DNA of 64,000 nt from the human T2T-CHM13v2.0 reference genome, Homo sapiens. The notes beneath the pieces are model-generated. The model was given only the letters and a program-made list of their open reading frames with translations. It did not search any database and was not told the origin of the DNA. Each line of letters opens with the position of its first letter. Within the stretch, counting starts at the first letter, position 1. Shown one piece after another: positions 54,589-64,000 of this stretch. The translations under genes were made by a program, and so were the position numbers. The DNA lies in NCBI RefSeq assembly GCF_009914755.1, contig NC_060929.1, one strand, 5' to 3'.

Positions 54589-57571
54589 TTTCCCCTTGGA
54601 GGTTGCTGGATAGAGGATGGGTTTACAAAAAGTTTAAATAAATGATGAGTTCCTCTAAGACCTCCAGAGACTTCACATTTTTTAACTCTAATATTTGGGG
54701 GCTGTTCGATTTGATGTTTGATTTGAAATGAAAAGGTTTAAATAAATGCTTGGAAAGTATACTGGATGGCAGTATTTAGCAATCTTGTTTTCTTTACATA
54801 ATGTAACACACTAATGGACTACATTTTTCTTTGCTTTCTGCCGTTAACTTTGAAAATAAGCAAGTTACTATCCAAATCAGAGCCAAAAACACCACAGGGT
54901 TTCTGGCTGCGAAGGGACACTTCATGCACAAATGTGGGAAAGGAAAAAGTTGATAAACAGCCAGTTGGGAAGTGTGAAGAGATTATTTTTATTTCATGGT
55001 GTTTTCAGTGTGTAGTATCTCAGATGTTCAAAAATATATCACTATGCCTGAAAGTTTACAATTCCCATGGTAGATATTATCTGATGTAGTAGCAGATGAA
55101 ATACTTATAATGGGGACACTCTCCCTCAACCTCTCCCTCTCTTTTCTTCTCTCCACTCCAAATCTAACACAGTTAAAATAAAGCTTCATGGAAGTCAAGC
55201 TTAGGCACACTGGGATTTTAATGAATGAGTCCATGAGATGCAGCTCTTAAAAACAGATGCTGTCCCTCTGCTGCTGTTCTCTCTTCTTGGTTATTTTTAT
55301 TTCTTTCCCAGTCAAAGAGGCTGGTACGTCAGGATGATTTTCCTTTGCTAACCATCCTTTTTCCAACATTTAACACCAAAGTATTATGTTCAGACCTCAA
55401 GGTTTACAATGATAGTGTTTGAATAAAACTGGTGGGAAAAAAACTTGAACAAATTACAATTTGCATTCTATTGTTGATTCTGTAGAATTTTAAAATGTAT
55501 ATATAAATATACATAGGAGAGTAAACACACACATACAATCAGACCACACTGGGTCTCTAAAATAATCAAGATTAATTATCTGATCAAAGTGCCAACCTAT
55601 AACCTTTCTGTGAGGTTTCTAGTGCATGTTGCACATTTTCTTTTACATGAAACATTGCCTGCACTAGTCTTGCTCATTAGTTCATTCCTCTCATTGTCAT
55701 TGCCTCTAATTATTTTATTAATTATGATCTTGACTTTAATATTTATAGATCATGCCAGTTTTATAACACAGGAAATGTTTGAAATTAAATAAAGAAAAAT
55801 TGGAATTTCTTTAATTTAATCAATAAAGGTGTATCACTTGGGAGCATAAATGGGAAGTTAATTTGTTTCACAAAATAAATGTCACAATAATGGAAAGACA
55901 AAAATTTTAAATAAAATTCTCTGAATAGAGGATAAAGTAAAGAATATTTTCCTCTGATGTCCTGTAATAAATGAGCATGGAAATATAATCAATTGGCCCT
56001 GGTATAATCATGATTATAAATTGTGTTTTTTAATGTGCTCCAATATTTTGTATATATGCATCCCCCAAAAAAGCTATTTAAATTAAGCAAAGAAATTTAT
56101 CATATACGAGCTAAAAAGTATACACATGTATAGAATGTTTTCTGTTGATAAGTAATAAATCTGTTGAATGAACATTCCAAAAGGCAGAAAATTTTTGTGA
56201 AACTAGGAAACAATTAAAAACCACCATTTAACATAATGGGTGGCAATTGCACGGATAACTCCCCCAGGTATTCCATGCCCACTCATTAGTTGAAAAGCAA
56301 AAAAAAAAAACACCCAGGATACATCTTGTTTCTTGGACCCTTCATCCAAAAGAAACCAAAGCAAATTACAGTATTTCCAATTTAATTTGGAAGCTAGTCA
56401 ACCCTCTGTTTAAACTTCTGAAATAATATTGGTAAAATAGTCAGAATCACAGACTCCTATCTGCTAGCTTTCCAATGACATGTGGTTCTTCTGTTCCTAT
56501 GCAAAGAAGGGATTTATTTCTAGTAAATAAGCTATTTCGTGGGAAAAAATAAACACAATTTCGTAAAGATAGGAATATTGCATAGTAGGAGACAAAGAAA
56601 AAAGCAGTGTGTTTATATCATATGTTTTAAAGTAGTTTCTTTTTAAATTAGCAATTTCATATCAAAAACAGGAAAATAACACATTCATAAGATATGGAAA
56701 AATCAGCTTCTGAGGAATAGTAGTATTTGGCAAATACAAAATAAAAAATACTGTAATGTCTGCTTTTGTAAATGTTGAAGATTAGTAAACTCAAGATAAA
56801 CTTCAGAAATGAGAGAGACTCAGTAGCACTAAGAGAAATATAGGACCCAGAGAAAAATCTTAACAAAACTTCCTGCCCATTTTCCTTCTTAGTTTTACTG
56901 AATAAACAAATCCATTGGTGGAGTAAGGAGCTGGATGTTAATGCTTCCTCCTTTAGTCTGCCTAGTTTAGGAGTAGGCAAACAAGTGTTAGAAAATCTCT
57001 GAGCCTCAACCTTTTAAGGAAATGGTTCTCAGCATCGATAAAACACCCACAACTGCCTCTCTTTCACGACCTCCTTGAGAATACCCTTAAAGGTATCCTG
57101 CTCATAAAACTAATTCCATGGTTCCTCAAAAAGTTTAACATATGACCCAGCAATTGCAGTCCTAGGGATATGTCCCAAAGAATTGAAGACAGGATTTGAA
57201 ACAAAAATTTTTACATGAATGTTCATAACAGCACTATTCAAAAGTGTCAAAAGGTGGAAACAACCCAAATACCCATCAACAGATGAATGGATAAACAAAA
57301 TGTGGTATATCCATACAATTATTCACCTGTAGAAAGTAATGAAATATTGATAAACAACATGGATGAACTCTGAAAGCATTATGCTAAGGGAAGAAGTCAG
57401 ACACAAAGGCCACATATTGAATGATTTCTTTCATATGATATACACAGAATAGGCAAATCCACAGAGACAGCAAACAGTTCAGTGGTTGCCAGGGGCTAAG
57501 GAGAGGAAGGAACTAGGGAGTGATTGCTTAATGGATATGAGGTTTCCTTTTAAGTTAATAAAAATTTTCTG

Positions 57572-57700
57572 GGCTGGGCACCATGGCTCATGCCTATATA
57601 ATCCCAGCACTTTAGGAGGCCAAAGTGGGAGGATTGCTTGAGCCCAGAAGTTTGAGACCAACCTACAAAAATTTTAAAATGTAACCAGGCCTGGTGGCAC
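57572..57700 (+). mobile_element. Partial AluJ (left arm and start of right arm)
   Basis: ggctgggcaccatggctcatgcct...ggaggattgcttgagcccagaagtttgagacc. Confidence 0.9.
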
Positions 57701-57878
57701 CAAAATGTGGTATGTGGTCAACTGGTGGTACATGAAACCACTTTAAGTGGTAAACAGCAAACATTAATTTTTTTTATCTATCATGTCAAATTTGTAATTT
57801 TGGAAGTGAAAAATACTTGTTTTAAAATAAATTTACTTAGGTAAAAGTTTTAATTGACTTAAAGAAAACAATTAAGCA

Positions 57879-58177
57879 GGCCAGGTGTGGTGGTTCATGC
57901 CCATAATCCCAGCACTTTGAGAGGCTGAGGTGGGAGGACTTTTGGACCCAGGAGTTCAAGGCCAGCCTGGGCAATATAGCAAGACCCCATTCCACAAAAA
58001 TAAAAATAAAAAAATAGCCAGGTGTGGAGGCATGCACCTGTAGTCCCAGCTACTTCGGAAGTGAGGAGAGAGGATTGTTTGAGCCCAGGAGGTCAAGACT
58101 GTAGTAAACCATGACTGTGCCATTGCATTGCAGCCTGGGTGACAGAGTGCGACCGTGTCTCAAAAAAAAAAAAAAAA
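57879..58177 (+). mobile_element. AluJ, full length
   Basis: ggccaggtgtggtggttcatgcc...ggcaatatagcaagacc...gagcccaggaggtcaagactgtag...A-tail. Confidence 0.95.
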
Positions 58178-59554
58178 GTTCTGTACCAACATCGGTACTG
58201 ATGGTTGCACAGCATTGTGCATGTACTAAAAGCCACTGAATTGTATGCTTTATAATGGTTAAAATGGTGAATTTTATATGTAAATTTTACCCCAAGTCCA
58301 AAAAAAAACCTAATTCTAGCACACACGACCTGGCCCAGAGCCTTCAGGGTTGATGTGCCTGGCCAAGAGAACTAACGACCCTGGCAGGTAAGACTCCTTG
58401 CATCAGTCCTACAAGGTGCACTGTCTTTAAGTTGGGTAAAATTTCTGCAGCAATGCCTCGATGCTCAAGTTTACTCTTTTAAAATTTGGCAGTTATGGTC
58501 CCAAAGATAAAAACTCCAATGTGTTAAACAGTAGGCATTTTCAAGAAATCTGGATTTTAGAATATTCTTTCCAAGTTCAGGACCTACTTTTAGCTCTTTG
58601 GCCATTAGACAAAAGAAATTTTAAAGCGAAAATAATCAATGACTTCCTTCTAGGGTATCCATCTAACCAGTTTCCTGGAAGACTTTTACTTTACATCTAT
58701 TACCTTACTGTAATTATTAATAGTGTGCCTACCACTCTCAACTGTCTCAGTCTGGATGATCAATTATACAGTCTCCCTACTTCGAGGGGACCACTGTAAA
58801 GCTTCCCTATCTTTTCTATCCAACAGGAATCTTATTTGTGCCAGCTTTGACCCAGTTATCTGGCAAGCTAGATGGGATTTGTCTTAATATGTGCATTCTG
58901 TTTGCCAAGGCATACATAGCATGTTTGGACACATGGTCTCATTTTATAATCTTTTGCTCTTATTTATTCTTCATACTCTATGGTAGAGCTAATCATTTGT
59001 GGGAACCAAAATGTTAGGAATAGATGGCATGTCAAATGTTGCCATAGCAGACTTTTCTATGGGACATACTTTTAAAAATAATCCAAAAAAAAGTTTTAAA
59101 CTTAATTTGAGTAGCCCCTGGTGTTATTGAATGGTAGTGTGTGAAGTAAATCTGGGTGAAATTTCACTCACATCTACTTTCTGGGATCAAGTCCTATAGA
59201 TAATTCCATAGTTATCTCCCTATACTTATGAACATCCCTCTAGGTAAAAAGCAGTCATCTTAAAAAAAAAAAAAAAAAACCTACGCATAGTCTCAAAATT
59301 TATCTTCATACAAGATTAGATCAGAGAAGTAAGTGGGCTGAGAAGACTGAAATGGGCTGAGAGGTTTTCAAAATAGATTGCCATTGAACACATCAAATTT
59401 AATACATTCCTCATTCCTCTTAAATAGCGCTGTCTGCTTCTTATATCCTACATCTAGAAATTGCCTACTTCTAGAAATTTGGTGGCATAATGGTGGCATA
59501 CTTCAGGATTTGACCATCAAAGTCATCCCAGGCAAAAATTACTCAGGCAATACT

Positions 59555-59950
59555 TTAGTTGGGCTACTTTGATTACAACAGAGGCTCACACGAGCCTTCT
59601 TAAGAGAAGGGAAGTTTACTGTGAAATTACCCACAGGCTTAAAGAACCACTTAATGGCTACATCAGCCTCTCCCGGGGTAGGTGGTCATAATTACTGCTC
59701 TCCTTTGCTTATTCAAAATGTATGCTTCCTCAACACTTTGGTTTCCTATGGCTCACCATGGTGCCAGCTTTACACCATAGCATCCTCTCAGCTTCAGCTC
59801 CTACTTCTTTCCATTTAGTTCAGATAAGTAAAGGAGAATCTGATTGGTCCAACTCATCGCATTTCTGCCCTTGTTTCAGATTAATCATCCCTTTTCCATC
59901 CCCCCAACCAAGTTAAACTGTTTTGGCCAAAGAAGAAAGGCCGGTTATGT
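59555..59950 (-). mobile_element. Possible old MaLR-type LTR
   Basis: ttagttgggctactttgattacaacag and ggagaatctgattggtcc resemble reverse MLT1-like LTR segments; weak match. Confidence 0.4.
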
Positions 59951-60384
59951 AATACAGTTAAAATCCCTATCACCTCCCTATCATCAGAGGTTTTAAGCAA
60001 GATAAACTTCAAAACTGAGAGGGCCTCAGTAGCACCAAGAGAAGTGTAGGACCCAGACAAAATACTTAACCAGAAGTTCCTGCCAAATTTCCTACTTTGT
60101 TTTACTGAACAAATAAATCCGTTGGTGGAGTTAGGGTTCAGAATGCGAGATTCGGCATGCCTAGCTGGGGCAGTTAGGCCTTCGTATTTTCCTCTCACGC
60201 ATTTCAGTCCATCTCCATGAAAAAGTAGTTCCGTAAAACTGCCCTTCCATTCCATTCCAATTCTGGCTTCAACCTTCCCTGGATCTCATTCTCATTAACA
60301 ATTACTTTTAACTAGATATCAAATATTTCCAACATAAATTGTTAACTAGTGACAACATGATGCTACTTCCAGGAAATTAGGAGA

Positions 60385-61486
60385 TTAATCTCTTCTCCTG
60401 TTTCTCAGACCTTCATCTTCCAAAATGTTTATTGGGAACATAGAAAGAGAACAAAAGATAGCCCAAACATGCATCTCTAATGATACACATGCCTTTATCC
60501 TCCGTACTCACTCTGACGCTTCCCTGTGCTTATTTCACGTCACTCTCCTGAACCTTGACTGCTGGCATGATTACATTTAAATTAGCAACTCCTAACAGCT
60601 AATGCCAATATAGTCGTAACCTATCAGTACTATTAAAGAAACATTTAGGAACAGGAATTTCTGCCAAGCACCCCAATTACATCATATTTTTATTTACTAG
60701 GTCAGCTCAGGATTTTCTTGCTTTTCCATTTAATTCAAATCAATGCCTAATCAAAACACATTATGATTTATGTATATATTTCCATGACACTGCTTCAAAG
60801 CACAAAGCTTATGTAATAAAGTCTGATTTTTGGAAAGTATTTTTTAAATTACAAGCATGAAAGTGCGTATTTTGAAAAACCTTTCTGCAGAAATGAAGGC
60901 CAGCCAGCTAGGGATAAAACATTGTAGATCTTTGCTGCACAGTGAGAATAGCAGTTTCTACAAAATTTTAAAAGTTGAATAATACTTACTAAAAGACAGC
61001 ATAGCACAATATAGTACTATAGAAAATGTATTTCTTTAATAAAAGCTATCTCCTTGTCCTCAGAGTGCCTATAATATGTTGATGGGTCCTCAGTATTATC
61101 ATCCTTGTTCGGGTTCTGAAGTTTTCAATTGAATAACTTTTTCAGAGACTTGGGGAAAATAGTGAGCGAACAGCCCTAGAACGCTTCTCTGGGCAGAAAA
61201 AAAAAAATCCCATGAAATGTAATGTGTTAAGAAAATATCTTTCTTATCTCTCTAGTACCCCAAGCGAGCCTGTCTAATTCTCCCACTTGTCTGTGTAGGG
61301 ATCATGCCAGCAGCCAAGGTTCAGGAGAGTGATGTGGAATAAGCACAGGGAAGTGTCAGAGTGAGTACAGAAGATAAAGGCACACCTATCATTAGAGATG
61401 TATGTTTGGGCTATCTTTTGTTCTCTATGTTCCCAGTAAACATCATTTTGGAAGATGAAGGTCTGAGAAATAGGAGAAGAGATTAA
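60385..61486. repeat. Inverted repeat, arms 60385-60571 and 61301-61486, 729-bp spacer
   Basis: Manual alignment of the arms gives 13 substitutions and 2 small indels over about 187 bp. Confidence 0.97.
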
Positions 61487-61952
61487 AGATGTCAGGCAAG
61501 GGAAAGGAGGAGAAGCAGATAAAAAAACTGACATCCCAGAAGGTGGGGATTTTCCCTTTTCTGGGAAGCAAAAAAAAAAAAAAATCCTCTCAAGCAAATT
61601 TAACACCTTCATGAATATAATTAATTTATTATCACTTAAAATAAAACATAGCAATAAAAACTCAGGCTAATCATGTGCAAAAGTTACTGTTTTCAGACAC
61701 AGACCATGCAAAGTCCTCAAGCTTATAAAAGATTACATTCTGGAACATGAGCTATCAGATAAAATTACTGGATCTTGATTTTTTAATGTTATAAAGGGGC
61801 AGTGGGGCGGGGGGGCAGAGGTGCATGTTCTTGCCTAAAGCCTAACATTAAACATTTTGTAAGCAAAGCAGAAAAGAGCTCTTTAGTACCCCCAAAATGT
61901 CTGTTTTAGACTTGTACAGATAAAAACTTTCTAAAATATTGAACAGCACAAA

Positions 61953-62165
61953 GTATGAATCCCAGCTCTATAATTTTTCTAGCTATGTGACCTCAGGCAA
62001 GTTATCCTCTCAGACTCAGTTTCCCGAATTATAAAAATGGAATAATAATGGCACCTATCTCATGGGGTATTGTAAGAGTTAAATTAGATAACCTATGAAA
62101 AGCACTCAGCAATGCCCAGAAAAGTGTATGCGCTCAATAAAGGTTAGTTGTTGTTAGTAGTATTA
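61953..62165 (+). mobile_element. MIR
   Basis: gaatcccagctct...agctatgtgacctcaggcaagtta...ctcagtttcc...aaaatggaataataatggcacctatctcat...gctcaataaa. Confidence 0.9.
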
Positions 62166-62397
62166 TGTGTAATTATTAATAACCAGGCTCATGTCTTGCC
62201 ACTCATCCTGTAAACTGCCCTGGTTCATCAAACCACATTGCAGCCCATAAGTCCCAGACAAAAACATCAGATAATGCCATTGTATAGAATCCTACATATT
62301 TATTCCTGACATCATTCTAATTCAGTCACTCCTCTTCACTCCTCCACCTGACTTGAATCATGCAGACAGCTTCCAACCACCCCCATGTGCCTTCTTC

Positions 62398-62552
62398 ATT
62401 TTATTTATTTATTTTTATTTATTATTACTTTTTTATAGACAGCGTCTCACTAATGTTGCCCAGGCTGGTTTTGAACTCCTTGGTTCAAACAATTCTCCCA
62501 CCTCAGCCTCCAGGGTAGCTGGGACTGAAAGTGCCTATTACCACTCCTGACT
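62398..62552 (-). mobile_element. FLAM-type Alu monomer with TSD
   Basis: (TTTA)n tail plus a single Alu arm; TSD ccatgtgccttctt (62383-62396) and ccatgtgccctctt (62553-62566). Confidence 0.9.
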
Positions 62553-62699
62553 CCATGTGCCCTCTTTAGCTCCAGCCCCCATTCTGGCCTCCATCACTTC
62601 ACTGGGACCTGCTCAAGCTAGCTGTGTTCTCTGTACCAGCCCCACTGCCTCAGTGAAAAGATTAGATCACCTTAATAAATCATCTAAAATTACTTAATA

Positions 62700-64000
<1,301 letters not shown>

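Larger units (their letters stand above)
57115..58295 (+). mobile_element. L1MB-type LINE-1 3' end split by an Alu composite
   Basis: ggaaacaacccaaatacccatcaacagatgaatggataaacaaaatgtgg...gtggttgccagggg; resumes at gatggttgcacagcattgtg...aaaatggtgaattttat. Confidence 0.9.
56792..60135 (+). repeat. Dispersed direct repeat, ~137-bp copies at 56792-56928 and 59998-60135
   Basis: Both copies read caagataaacttca...ctcagtagcac...taggacccaga...ttcctgcc...gttttactgaa...ttggtggagt; roughly 80-85% identical by eye. Confidence 0.9.

Noticed and set aside
56792-56928. Duplicated H/ACA or C/D snoRNA (the size fits)
   Set aside because: No terminal ACA, box C/D pair or two-hairpin fold is evident on either strand in both copies.
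59881-60255. Paralogous ORFs (with 56657-56980) as a duplicated gene; also the 126-aa ORF at 61274-61654
   Set aside because: Similarity is confined to the DNA repeat, frames diverge outside it, and there is no coherent exon structure.

Overview
AT-rich, repeat-dense primate (human-like) genomic DNA, intergenic or deep intronic. I can support no host protein-coding exon, RNA gene, CRISPR array or prokaryotic system. Most listed ORFs lie in repeats or are chance ORFs. The window holds a 5'-truncated L1PA5/6-like LINE-1 (about 19.4-24.9 kb, ORF1 and ORF2 disrupted), nine Alu or Alu-monomer copies, many MIR, L2 and CR1 fossils, hAT DNA transposons (MER5A, MER20B, MER63), and a stack of ERV1/ERVL LTR and pol fragments at 31.3-34.5 kb. 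The structure these do not explain is local sequence copying: a ~187-bp inverted duplication of apparently unique DNA (60385-60571 / 61301-61486), a ~137-bp direct duplication (56792-56928 / 59998-60135), a composite Alu-spacer-Alu insert sharing one target-site duplication (TSD), and several perfect fold-back hairpins (24613, 30307, 42816, 49694). Repeat subfamily names come from my recall of consensus sequences, not a search, and boundaries of old repeats are approximate.
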